Below, one piece after another: positions 34,176 through 43,105 of a stretch of DNA of 64,000 nucleotides. How positions within the stretch are numbered: position 1 is the stretch's first letter; every line of letters starts with the position of its first letter. A program made the translations under genes and the position numbers. The stretch spans positions 6,244 to 70,243 of the forward strand of contig CAWJIL010000009.1 in the NCBI GenBank assembly GCA_963842925.1, given 5' to 3'. The DNA is from an uncultured delta proteobacterium (GTDB lineage Bacteria; Desulfobacterota; Desulfobacteria; Desulfobacterales; B30-G6). The notes below the pieces were generated by a model that saw nothing but the letters and a program-made list of their open reading frames with translations, did not search any database and was not told the DNA's origin.

Positions 34176-35540
34176 ATGGGTAGATTATTCGGCACAGACG
34201 GTATTCGGGGAAGGGTTAACCAACATCCCATGACCCCGGAAATGGCATTGAGGGCAGGAAAGGCTGCTGCTGTTTTTTTTAAAGGCAATACCGCCCACAA
34301 GCGTCCCAAAATAGTCATTGGAAGAGACACCCGTGTTTCAGGGAGCATGATCGAATCCGCCCTGGTTTCCGGCCTGTGTTCACAGGGGGCGGATGTATAC
34401 CTGACAGGCGTTCTCCCCACACCGGGAGTGGCCTATCTCGCTACCCACCTGGCAGCCGATGCCGGTATTGTGGTATCGGCATCTCACAACCCTTTTTACG
34501 ATAACGGAATCAAATTTTTTAGCGGCCAAGGATTCAAGCTCAGCGATGCCATGGAAAATGACCTGGAACAGTTGATCCTCGATGACCATAAAAAACAGCC
34601 CGCCATTGCAGATAAGGCCGTTGGAAAGGTTTTCCCCGTACCCGATGCCGGCATGATTTACAGGGATTTTCTTTTGAAGGTACTGACCCGGGAGGTCAAG
34701 AGCCGCATAGAAGGTCTGAAAGTTGTTTTGGATTGTTCAAACGGTGCCACCAGCACAATTGCCCCGGATCTCTTTTCCCGTCTAGGCCTGGATGTCATCC
34801 CTTTGTCAGCATCCCCGGACGGAATCAATATCAACCATGCCTGTGGCTCGCAGCACCCTGAAACGCTTGCGCAAAAAGTCCTGGAATCCGGTTCTGACCT
34901 AGGCTTTGCATTCGATGGGGATGGCGATCGACTGATTGCCGTTGATGAAACCGGAAAGATCCTTACGGGTGACCAACTCATCGCTATTTTTGCACGCTTT
35001 TACCATCAGCATGATTTGCTGAAAAATCAGACTGTCGTCACCACGGTGATGAGCAACATGGGGCTCGGCAAAGCATTGTCTGACATGCATGTCACCCACA
35101 TGAAATCGGTTGTGGGTGATCGCTATGTCATGGAGCAGATGCTTACATCCGGTGCAAGTATCGGTGGGGAAGACTCCGGTCATATTATTTTTCTGGATGC
35201 GCATACCACCGGGGACGGCTTACTGGCCGCACTCCAGTTCCTGCGTGTGCTGGCTTCTGAAAAGACAACGGCATCCCATCTCGCTGAAGTAATGTCGGTT
35301 TTTCCCCAGATACTGATGAATGTCACCGTAGATGCCAAGCCGGCCATCAGTGACATTGACGGTTTGTCAGAAGCGATCATAAAAACTGAAAAACAGCTCG
35401 GTGATACCGGCAGGGTGCTCATACGTTATTCAGGTACACAAGCCATGTGCCGTGTCATGGTGGAAGCGGCAACCAAAGCTGAAGCCACCCATTTTTGCAG
35501 ACAATTGGCGGAAATCATCAAGATCCAAATAGGCACATAA
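34176..35540 (+). CDS. glmM: phosphoglucosamine mutase
   Basis: MGRLFGTDGIRG start and active-site SASHNPFYDNGIKFF. The track start at 34110 lies within RepC. Confidence 0.92.
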   Translation: MGRLFGTDGIRGRVNQHPMTPEMALRAGKAAAVFFKGNTAHKRPKIVIGRDTRVSGSMIESALVSGLCSQGADVYLTGVLPTPGVAYLATHLAADAGIVVSASHNPFYDNGIKFFSGQGFKLSDAMENDLEQLILDDHKKQPAIADKAVGKVFPVPDAGMIYRDFLLKVLTREVKSRIEGLKVVLDCSNGATSTIAPDLFSRLGLDVIPLSASPDGININHACGSQHPETLAQKVLESGSDLGFAFDGDGDRLIAVDETGKILTGDQLIAIFARFYHQHDLLKNQTVVTTVMSNMGLGKALSDMHVTHMKSVVGDRYVMEQMLTSGASIGGEDSGHIIFLDAHTTGDGLLAALQFLRVLASEKTTASHLAEVMSVFPQILMNVTVDAKPAISDIDGLSEAIIKTEKQLGDTGRVLIRYSGTQAMCRVMVEAATKAEATHFCRQLAEIIKIQIGT

Positions 35541-35572
35541 AAAACCCTGTGTAAAAATGAACACAGGGTTTT
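35541..35572 (+). terminator. intrinsic terminator
   Basis: aaaaccctgtgt-aaaaatga-acacagggtttt, immediately after the glmM stop. Confidence 0.7.
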
Positions 35573-35602
35573 AATATTAAGGGTCATAAGGGGCTTCATC
35601 AC

Positions 35603-35885
35603 AAAACATATGAGCCAGAGAAGACAGAAGTCAGAATACAGAAGTCAGGAGACAGAAGAACTTGGATGTCGCTTCGCTCCTACAAAATTTTATACCGCTT
35701 GTCATAATAATCTTCTGAAAATAAGATGGCGGTATAAGGGGTTGTAGCAGAAAAACGATCATCAATCGGAACATTTTTCTGACAAACCCTATATCTTCTT
35801 TTTGACTGAGCCGAAGGTGAATCCATTATTCTGAATTCTGAATTCTGAATTCTGACTCCTGGATTCCCTTTAGAACTGTTTCAAA
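35603..35885 (+). repeat. RepB element, long form with a different nested insert
   Basis: Same flanks as 13486-13780 but an unrelated ~110-nt centre. Confidence 0.85.
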
Positions 35886-35899
35886 TCTCAAAGCGCTAT

Positions 35900-36601
35900 T
35901 TATCTGCGGTCGCCTAAAATTCTCAGCAGCATCAAAAACAGATTGATAAAATCAAGATAGAGGGTCAAAGCACCCATAATAGCGCCTTTTCTGACCACGG
36001 CTGCTCCAACATCGGCCGGTTGCGTAAGGGCCATTGTTTTCAGTTTCTGGGTGTCATAAGCCGTCAAGCCTACGAAGACCAATACCCCGACATAGCTTAT
36101 AATCATACTCATGGCGGAACTTTTAACAAAGATGTTCACCACGGAAGCAATTATAATTCCAATGAGCCCCATGGTCATGAAGCCTCCCATGGATGTCAAA
36201 TCCCGTTTAGTGGTCATACCATAAACGCTGAAAGCGGCAAATGTGGCTGCACAAATGAAAAAGGTGGATGTAATTGAAGAAGCCGTATATATAAGGAAAA
36301 TGACGGAAAGGGTGGCACCGTTGAGTGCGGCATACAGGACAAAAAGTGCCGTTGCCGTGGAAGCCTGAATTTTTTGAACCCGGGCACTCAGAAAAAAGAC
36401 AAGTCCCAGTTCACCGATAATGAGGCCATAGAATATGATTCGATTGCCGAATATCACCTGTTGTATGGAAGGTGTGTTGGCTATATAATAGGCCACAAAC
36501 CCGGTCAGGGCAAGCCCTATGGCCATCCAGTTATACACACTTCGAATAAAGGTGTTTACCTGAACCTGGGCCTGGGTTTTTGACAATGCAACTGGCTGCA
36601 T
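35900..36601 (-). CDS. BAX inhibitor-1/YccA-family membrane protein
   Basis: Seven hydrophobic helices. Family-typical N-terminal FIRSVYNWMAIGLALTG and C-terminal LYLDFINLFLMLLRILG. Confidence 0.85.
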   Translation of the reverse strand: MQPVALSKTQAQVQVNTFIRSVYNWMAIGLALTGFVAYYIANTPSIQQVIFGNRIIFYGLIIGELGLVFFLSARVQKIQASTATALFVLYAALNGATLSVIFLIYTASSITSTFFICAATFAAFSVYGMTTKRDLTSMGGFMTMGLIGIIIASVVNIFVKSSAMSMIISYVGVLVFVGLTAYDTQKLKTMALTQPADVGAAVVRKGAIMGALTLYLDFINLFLMLLRILGDRR

Positions 36602-36616
36602 GTTATCCTCCTGTTA

Positions 36617-36651
36617 TTGTGTTTTGTGTTTTGTGTTTTGTGTTTTGTGTG
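36617..36651. repeat. heptamer array (ttgtgtt)x5
   Basis: Lies immediately upstream of the RBS of the BI-1 gene. Reads cacaaaa repeats on the coding strand. Confidence 0.9.
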
Positions 36652-36730
36652 CAATAATATAGCACAGCATTTGTTTATTTCAACCTGAATTGAAGGATTT
36701 TGGCAGTAACTGTATTGGCCCTATACGAAA

Positions 36731-37024
36731 ATGAAACCAGAACAAATATACCACGCCTTAATTGAACTGGCTGATAAATTCAAGATTTCTGTGTCCGAAC
36801 AGAATCTGCAGAAAACAATTGGCAAAGCCAAATCCGGTTTCTGCATCGTGAAAGACCAGAAGCGCTTTATCATTGACAAACACCTGACCCTTCATAAAAA
36901 GATTGATGTTTTAGGGGCCTTTCTCAGTACACAGCCGCATGAGAACATGTACATCATGCCCACGCTGAGGGAAGTGCTGTATAAATATAGGGTTCCAGGG
37001 TCCAAGGGTGATACAAGGGTTTGA
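36731..37024 (+). CDS. hypothetical protein (97 aa)
   Basis: ORF only. The last ~12 codons run into a repeat. Confidence 0.4.
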   Translation: MKPEQIYHALIELADKFKISVSEQNLQKTIGKAKSGFCIVKDQKRFIIDKHLTLHKKIDVLGAFLSTQPHENMYIMPTLREVLYKYRVPGSKGDTRV

Positions 37025-37090
37025 GGGTAGCTGACGGATATGAGCGTGCGGCAGCCTCCAAGCATTCAAAGGCGGGTTCGAGGGTTCCAG
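36989..37090. repeat. single copy related to the 5748-5978 tandem unit
   Basis: gggtccaagggtgatacaagggtttgagggtagctgacggatatgagc... Confidence 0.75.
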
Positions 37091-37184
37091 TTCCTGAAAA
37101 ATAAGCACCTACGTCAAAGTTTACATAATATACCTTATCAGACGTTAACGATATATAAAATAATACGCTGAGACTAAGATAAAA

Positions 37185-38558
37185 ATGCAGCCTGCAAGCA
37201 ACCAAAGACATATTTTAACTGTTTCGGAGCTCACGTCACAGATTAAATCCCAACTGGAGACAAAATTCCCTTTTATCTGGATCACCGGCGAGATATCCAA
37301 TTTTCGCGTCCCCGTGTCAGGCCACTTCTATTTTTCCCTCAAAGATTCCCGGTCTCAGATCAATGCTGTCATGTTTCGTGGACAGAATACGCAATTGAAA
37401 TTTGAACCTGAAGACGGCATGCAGATCAACGGCATTGGACGCATAAGTCTGTATGAACCCAGGGGTACTTACCAGATTATTCTGGAATATATGGAACCCA
37501 GTGGTGTGGGTGCATTGCAGGTAGCCTTTGAGCAGCTTAAACAAAAACTGTCTTCCGAAGGACTATTCAATGATGAACACAAACGACAGATTCCTTTTTT
37601 ACCCCGTAAAGTCTGTGTCATAACATCATTGACCGGCTCCGTCATCCACGACATCATTCGGGTCTTAAACCGCCGTTTTACCAATATCCCCCTGGAAATC
37701 ATACCCGCCAAAGTACAAGGCCGTGATGCGGAACAGGAGCTGATTGCCGCCATCCGACTCCTGAACCAGCGTGGTGACGCCGATGTGGCCATTCTGGCAA
37801 GGGGTGGCGGATCTCTCGAAGATTTGCAGCCCTTTAACACCGAAGGACTTGCCAGAGAGATATTTGCATCCCAAATACCCATCATTTCAGCTGTTGGTCA
37901 TGAAACCGATTATACACTGGCCGATTTTGTTGCTGACCTGCGCGTACCAACACCATCGGCAGCAGCTGAAATTGTCGCTCCAAAGAAAATCGATCTGGAA
38001 CACCAATGTCTGGATTTCCAGAAAAAGCTGGTGATTTCTTTTTCAAACTATCTTCGTTTCCAGAAAACCTATCTTAGAGAATTCTCAAAACGCCTGGTGG
38101 ATCCCCGGAAACGAATCCAGGACTTGCGGCTCCGCACGGACGACTTGAGCAGTCGCTTGATAAGGGCATGTAGACAGGATATTCGACAACGTCGTGAGCG
38201 ACTCCTGTGGCGGCTTGAAAAACTGCAGACATTTTCACCTGCTGCCAGACTGCCCCAGTTTAAATCTAAACATGAACAATTAAATGATAAGCTATTGTCA
38301 TCAATATTAATTTATGTTAAAGACAGGAAGACTAATCTCCGTGAAAATCAAACCAAAATGACAGCTTTAAGCCCCATGGGCATTCTTGAAAGAGGCTACA
38401 GCATTACCCGCTCTCTCCCCGATGCCCAACTGGTCCGGAATGCCGAAAGTGTTGCCATTGGTGACCATTTGCAGATTCTTTTGGGTACCGGCTCTTTGGA
38501 AGCCCGGGTTGTTAAACAGTTGCTTGAAAAAAAACAATCACGAAAACACGAAATTTGA
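37185..38558 (+). CDS. xseA: exodeoxyribonuclease VII large subunit
   Basis: N-terminal OB fold (VSELTSQIKSQLE...WITGEISNF), catalytic core (ARGGGSLEDL) and coiled-coil tail. Followed by xseB. Confidence 0.9.
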   Translation: MQPASNQRHILTVSELTSQIKSQLETKFPFIWITGEISNFRVPVSGHFYFSLKDSRSQINAVMFRGQNTQLKFEPEDGMQINGIGRISLYEPRGTYQIILEYMEPSGVGALQVAFEQLKQKLSSEGLFNDEHKRQIPFLPRKVCVITSLTGSVIHDIIRVLNRRFTNIPLEIIPAKVQGRDAEQELIAAIRLLNQRGDADVAILARGGGSLEDLQPFNTEGLAREIFASQIPIISAVGHETDYTLADFVADLRVPTPSAAAEIVAPKKIDLEHQCLDFQKKLVISFSNYLRFQKTYLREFSKRLVDPRKRIQDLRLRTDDLSSRLIRACRQDIRQRRERLLWRLEKLQTFSPAARLPQFKSKHEQLNDKLLSSILIYVKDRKTNLRENQTKMTALSPMGILERGYSITRSLPDAQLVRNAESVAIGDHLQILLGTGSLEARVVKQLLEKKQSRKHEI

Positions 38559-38615
38559 AAAACACGAAAACCATCATGGTCTTTTTCGTGGTTTCGTACT
38601 TTCGTGATTTCGTGA
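38537..38615. repeat. word hairpin (cacgaaa / tttcgtg words)
   Basis: atcacgaaaacacgaaatttgaaaaacacgaaaacc ... ggtctttttcgtggtttcgtactttcgtgatttcgtgat. Overlaps the xseA stop. Confidence 0.8.
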
Positions 38616-38659
38616 TAATATGTCTTGACCTTTAACAATAAAAAACAGGAATCCACAAT

Positions 38660-38890
38660 ATGCCAAAACAAACATTTGAAAAATCCATTCAGCAATTGGA
38701 AGAGATCGTCCAGGAACTCGAATCAGGTGACCTGCCCCTTGAAAAGGCCATTCATCGCTTTGAAGAAGGCATAACGCTTTCCAAGCGCTGTTCCAAAATG
38801 CTCGACGAAACTGAAAAAAAGATCTCTGTTCTCATTCGGGAAACCGATGACACGCTGTCTGAAAAACCCTTTGACACAGACATCTCCTAA
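38660..38890 (+). CDS. xseB: exodeoxyribonuclease VII small subunit
   Basis: FEKSIQQLEEIVQELESGDLPLEKAI is the canonical XseB motif. Confidence 0.88.
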   Translation: MPKQTFEKSIQQLEEIVQELESGDLPLEKAIHRFEEGITLSKRCSKMLDETEKKISVLIRETDDTLSEKPFDTDIS

Positions 38891-38903
38891 GACATTTGAC
38901 GCA

Positions 38904-39794
38904 ATGATTGATTTAAAACATTATTTGCAAACATATCAAGAGACTATAAACAATAAAATCCTTGCGTTTTTAAATGAGGATGATCATTCAAGCCGTGTTG
39001 TACAGGCCATGCGCTACTCAATATCGGCGGGCGGTAAAAGAATCCGCCCTATTCTGGCTTTAGCCGCAGCCGAAGCCATCCATGCCCCGGTGTTGGATGT
39101 ACTGCCGGCTGCCTGCGCCATTGAAATGATTCACACCTATTCCTTGATTCATGATGATCTGCCTGCCATGGATGACGACGCCCTCCGTCGTGGTAAGCCC
39201 ACTTCGCATATTCAGTATGACGAAGCCACCGCCATTCTGGCCGGCGATGCCCTATTGACACTCGCCTTTGAGATCCTGTCCTCAACAGAGAACCCATCCA
39301 GAGAAAGCCTGTCTCGGCACCTGAAGGTTATCCACGTGTTGGCAGGGGCTGCAGGATATCAGGGTATGATCCAGGGCCAGATGCAGGATATCCGTGCTGA
39401 AGGCAATAAAATAGATTTGCAGGCTCTCATAACAATGCATTCCCTCAAAACCGGTGCCCTCATTGAAAGCGCTGTGGTTGTGGGTGCTTTGTTTGGAAGT
39501 GCCGATCAAAATAAAATGCAAGCCCTGCGTTCCTATGCACGACAAATCGGGCTGGCATTTCAGGTCATCGACGATATATTGAATGTTTCGGGAGACCCTG
39601 CAAAACTCGGAAAAGCCGTTGGAACCGACAAGGATAGAGAGAAAAACACCTTCCCGGCTCTTATGGGCATGGCAGAGGCCAAGACATATGCCGAAAATCT
39701 TGTTCAAGCTGCCTTGAAAGCCTTGGAACTTTTTGATAACAAAGCAGATCCGCTGCGCGGTATTGCCCGGTACATCATTGACCGAAAAAACTAA
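38904..39794 (+). CDS. ispA: (2E,6E)-farnesyl diphosphate synthase (polyprenyl synthetase)
   Basis: FARM LIHDDLPAMDDDALRRG and SARM FQVIDDILN. The Met at 38904 is preferred over the track start at 38847. Confidence 0.85.
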   Translation: MIDLKHYLQTYQETINNKILAFLNEDDHSSRVVQAMRYSISAGGKRIRPILALAAAEAIHAPVLDVLPAACAIEMIHTYSLIHDDLPAMDDDALRRGKPTSHIQYDEATAILAGDALLTLAFEILSSTENPSRESLSRHLKVIHVLAGAAGYQGMIQGQMQDIRAEGNKIDLQALITMHSLKTGALIESAVVVGALFGSADQNKMQALRSYARQIGLAFQVIDDILNVSGDPAKLGKAVGTDKDREKNTFPALMGMAEAKTYAENLVQAALKALELFDNKADPLRGIARYIIDRKN

Positions 39795-39833
39795 TGTTGG
39801 ACGTTCATCTTTTAGAAAGGAAATTCTACTTAA

Positions 39834-41714
39834 TTGAATATACTAGATAATATATCTTCCCCCCATGATTTGAAAAAGCTCTCCCGAAACAGTTTGAAAC
39901 GGTTGTCTGGAGAACTCCGCAAGCGCATCGTTGATGTTGTATCCCAAAAAGGGGGTCACCTCGCCTCCAGTCTGGGGACTGTGGAACTAAGCATTGCCCT
40001 CCATTACGTGTTTGACACACCCGAAGATAAAATTATCTGGGATGTCGGTCACCAGGCATACGCGCATAAAATCATCACCGGGCGAAATGACCGATTCGAA
40101 ACGATTCGGCAGTTTGGCGGTCTTTCGGGGTTTACCCGAAAAAACGAAAGTCCCTACGACACGTTTACAACCGGTCATAGCAGCACCTCCATCTCGGCAG
40201 GTCTCGGGATTGTGACGGCCAAACGTCTCAAAAAAGAAAAATCAAAGGTGATTGCCGTTATTGGTGACGGTTCCATGACCGCTGGTATTGCTTATGAAGC
40301 CCTGAATCAGACAGGCGGTTCACACAAGGACAAGGACCTGATCGTGATCCTGAACGACAACGAGATGTCCATATCCAAGAATGTGGGGGCCCTGTCTTCC
40401 CTTCTCAGTCGGACGTTTTCCCGTAAACGCCTTCAGGACTGGCGTAAAGAATTCGGTGTCTTTTTAAAATCGCTCCCCGGCGTTGGTGATGACATTTATC
40501 AGTTTGCCAAACGCTCAGAGGATTCCTTCAAAACCTTTGTAACCCCCGGCATGCTCTTTGAAGCCTTTAATTTTGAATATTTCGGCCCCATCAACGGCCA
40601 CAACATCGATCATCTCATCGATATTCTGAACAACATCCGATTTCGTGATGAGCCGGTTCTGCTGCATGTGGTGACCACCAAGGGCAAGGGCTACCTGCCG
40701 GCAGAAAAAAATCCAATCTATTTTCATGGATGCAGCAGTTTTGATGTCGACACCGGCACATGCGCGCCATCTGATATCGAAGTCCCCTCTTATACAGATG
40801 TTTTCGGCCAAACACTGCTGGCACTGGCAGAATCCAACGATAAGGTACTGGCTGTCACAGCAGCCATGCCGCAAGGCACCGGTTTAGAGGCTTTTTCAGA
40901 TAAATTTCCGGATCGTTTCTTTGACGTGGGCATTGCTGAGCAGCATGGCGTCACCTTTGCAGCAGGGTTGGCAACCGAAGGTTTCAAACCGGTAGTCGCC
41001 ATCTATTCCACATTTCTGCAGCGGGCATTCGACCAGGTACTACATGATGTCTGTCTGGAGTCCCTTCCCGTGGTATTTGCCATCGACAGAGGAGGTATCG
41101 TGGGAGAGGATGGCCCTACCCACCAGGGCGTTTTTGATTACGCTTATTTACGCTGTCTGCCCAACATGGTTGTCATGGCACCTAAAGACGAGGAGGAGCT
41201 TCGCCATATGCTTAAGACGGCCATATCTCATGACGGCCCCATTGCCTTACGCTATCCCCGTGGAACCGGCGTCGGTGCATCGCTGACCGCGCCCCTTGCC
41301 AACCTTCCCATCGGTAAAGGGGAAGTTCTGAAACAGGGCGATGACCTGCTCATTCTTGCCGTGGGAAGCAGTGTCAACGAATCCCTGTCAGCCCGCAGGC
41401 AACTAAAGACGGAGGGTGTCCATGCAACGGTCGTCAACTGCCGGTTTATCAAACCATTGGACACGGAATTGATAGGGGAACTTTCCAGACGTATCAAGAA
41501 GGTCATCACGGTCGAAGAAAATGTACTTCATGGCGGTTTTGGCAGCGCTGTTCTCGAATGCCTGAACAATCAGGATATCGTCGATGTCCATGTCAAACGC
41601 ATCGGTATCGCAGACCGCTTTGTGGAACATGGTCCCCAAAAGAAATTGCGATCCGTCTATGGCGTGGATGCCACGGCCATTGTCAAGGCTGCAAAAGCGT
41701 TATTGAAGCAATAA
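39834..41714 (+). CDS. dxs: 1-deoxy-D-xylulose-5-phosphate synthase
   Basis: GHLASSLG, GHQAY.HK, the TPP motif GDGSMTAG and the full transketolase-like layout. The track start is a TTG, so the exact start is uncertain. Confidence 0.93.
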   Translation: MNILDNISSPHDLKKLSRNSLKRLSGELRKRIVDVVSQKGGHLASSLGTVELSIALHYVFDTPEDKIIWDVGHQAYAHKIITGRNDRFETIRQFGGLSGFTRKNESPYDTFTTGHSSTSISAGLGIVTAKRLKKEKSKVIAVIGDGSMTAGIAYEALNQTGGSHKDKDLIVILNDNEMSISKNVGALSSLLSRTFSRKRLQDWRKEFGVFLKSLPGVGDDIYQFAKRSEDSFKTFVTPGMLFEAFNFEYFGPINGHNIDHLIDILNNIRFRDEPVLLHVVTTKGKGYLPAEKNPIYFHGCSSFDVDTGTCAPSDIEVPSYTDVFGQTLLALAESNDKVLAVTAAMPQGTGLEAFSDKFPDRFFDVGIAEQHGVTFAAGLATEGFKPVVAIYSTFLQRAFDQVLHDVCLESLPVVFAIDRGGIVGEDGPTHQGVFDYAYLRCLPNMVVMAPKDEEELRHMLKTAISHDGPIALRYPRGTGVGASLTAPLANLPIGKGEVLKQGDDLLILAVGSSVNESLSARRQLKTEGVHATVVNCRFIKPLDTELIGELSRRIKKVITVEENVLHGGFGSAVLECLNNQDIVDVHVKRIGIADRFVEHGPQKKLRSVYGVDATAIVKAAKALLKQ

Positions 41715-41718
41715 GCTT

Positions 41719-41868
41719 GACGGTTTCGTAAAAAGTCCAACTTCGGCGTTGTGCTGCATTTCGCTATCATTCAACGTACAGTAAGTACGCCTCATGATAA
41801 CAAAATTTGCACGCCTTGAATTTGAATTTTTTACAAAACCGTCTAAACTGGACTTTTTACGAGTTCGT
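41719..41868 (-). repeat. RepC copy 3 (inverted)
   Basis: The reverse complement matches 34003-34150 almost base for base. Confidence 0.85.
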
Positions 41869-41892
41869 CAAGCTTTAAGCTGTAAGCTGCAT

Positions 41893-41940
41893 ATCGCTTA
41901 ATGCTTACAGCTTATGGCTTATCGCTTAAAGCTTATGGCT
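41893..41940. repeat. heptamer array (NNNgctt)x7
   Basis: atcgctt aatgctt acagctt atggctt atcgctt aaagctt atggct. The last word supplies the tlyA ATG. Confidence 0.9.
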
Positions 41941-42678
41941 AAAAATAAAAAAAGACTCGACCTCGCCCTTCTCGATAAAAAACTCGCACCCACACGGCAG
42001 CGTGCCCAGGCCTTGATTATGGCAGGCAGGGTGCTCGTCAACCAGAAACCCATGACCAAACCCGGGTCCCGGATTTCCGAGGATGACACGGTGGTCATCA
42101 AGGGGACTGACATGCCCTATGTCAGTCGCGGCGGCATCAAACTGGCCGAGGCGCTAGTCCAATTTAAGATAGATGTTTCCGGTCTGCATTGCATGGATAT
42201 CGGCGCCTCCACCGGCGGTTTTACAGACTGTCTTCTTCAGAACGGTGCAAAACGTGTAATCGCAGTTGATGTGGGTTATGGACAGCTTGCCTGGAAATTA
42301 CGACAGAATCCAAATGTTACGATCCTGGAAAGAACCAATATTCGCTACCTGACGGTTGAAGAACTTCCATTTCCAGTGGATTTGGCGGTTATCGATGTCT
42401 CTTTTATCTCATTAAAAATTGTCGTACCGGCAATTCGAAAATTTCTTAAAAGCGATGCCACCGTGATAGCCCTCATCAAGCCCCAATTTGAGGTCGGCAG
42501 AAATCGCATCGGCAAGGGCGGTGTGGTTAAGAATGCCCTCCTGCATGATGAAGTCACCCTGTCCCTCTCACAATTCTTCGAAACCATTGGTTTCCTGGTC
42601 CACGGCATGGTCCCCTCCCCTATCACCGGACCCAAGGGAAACAAGGAATTTCTTTGTCATATGCAAATAAAATCGTAA
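41935..42678 (+). CDS. tlyA: TlyA-family rRNA 2'-O-ribose methyltransferase
   Basis: S4-like N-terminus (KKRLDLALLDKKLAPTRQRAQALIMAGRV) and FtsJ-type SAM motif DIGASTGGFTD. Confidence 0.82.
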   Translation: MAKNKKRLDLALLDKKLAPTRQRAQALIMAGRVLVNQKPMTKPGSRISEDDTVVIKGTDMPYVSRGGIKLAEALVQFKIDVSGLHCMDIGASTGGFTDCLLQNGAKRVIAVDVGYGQLAWKLRQNPNVTILERTNIRYLTVEELPFPVDLAVIDVSFISLKIVVPAIRKFLKSDATVIALIKPQFEVGRNRIGKGGVVKNALLHDEVTLSLSQFFETIGFLVHGMVPSPITGPKGNKEFLCHMQIKS

Positions 42679-42704
42679 AACGATTTTATTTGCATTATTA
42701 AAAA

Positions 42705-42895
42705 CCTGGTTCTTTGGTCCAGGTCAGAGACGATTGGCCATTGCCTGAAACAGTTGGAAAGGGAATCCAGGCGTCAGAATTCAGAAGTCAGAATAATGGA
42801 TTCGCCTTCGGCTCAGGCAAAAAGAAGATAAAATTGAAGGAGCGAAGCGACATCCCCGTTCTTCTGTCTTCTGAATTCTCTGGCTCATAGGAAAT
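42705..42895 (-). repeat. RepA end module plus RepB short form (inverted)
   Basis: The reverse complement reads ...ggatgtcgcttcgctcc..gagccgaaggcgaatcc..ttctgac words..ctctgacctggaccaaagaaccagg. Confidence 0.8.
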
Positions 42896-43046
42896 ACCTG
42901 AACGGATATTCTGGGGCGTATTTTTTTTGGGTTACGCTTGATTTTTTCAACTATACCATATAATGGTTTTTCTTTTGGATCTTCTCTAAAAAAATGTAAA
43001 ATATGTTTTTTTGACAGAAAAATAACATCTTGACCCATATACTATT

Positions 43047-43092
43047 AAAAGCGACCTGGTCGCATCAAATATAATCGTATAATGATTTTATT
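43047..43092 (-). repeat. twin-hairpin (TH) copy, inverted
   Basis: gcgac-ctg-gtcgc followed by ataatcgtataatgattttat. Confidence 0.6.
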
Positions 43093-43105
43093 GGGAGGAG
43101 CATAG

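Noticed and set aside
43011-43043. Sigma70 promoter for the EF-G paralogue (TTGACA ... TATACT)
   Set aside because: The spacer is about 21 nt, which is too long. The alternative -35 ttgacc has no -10 at the right distance.
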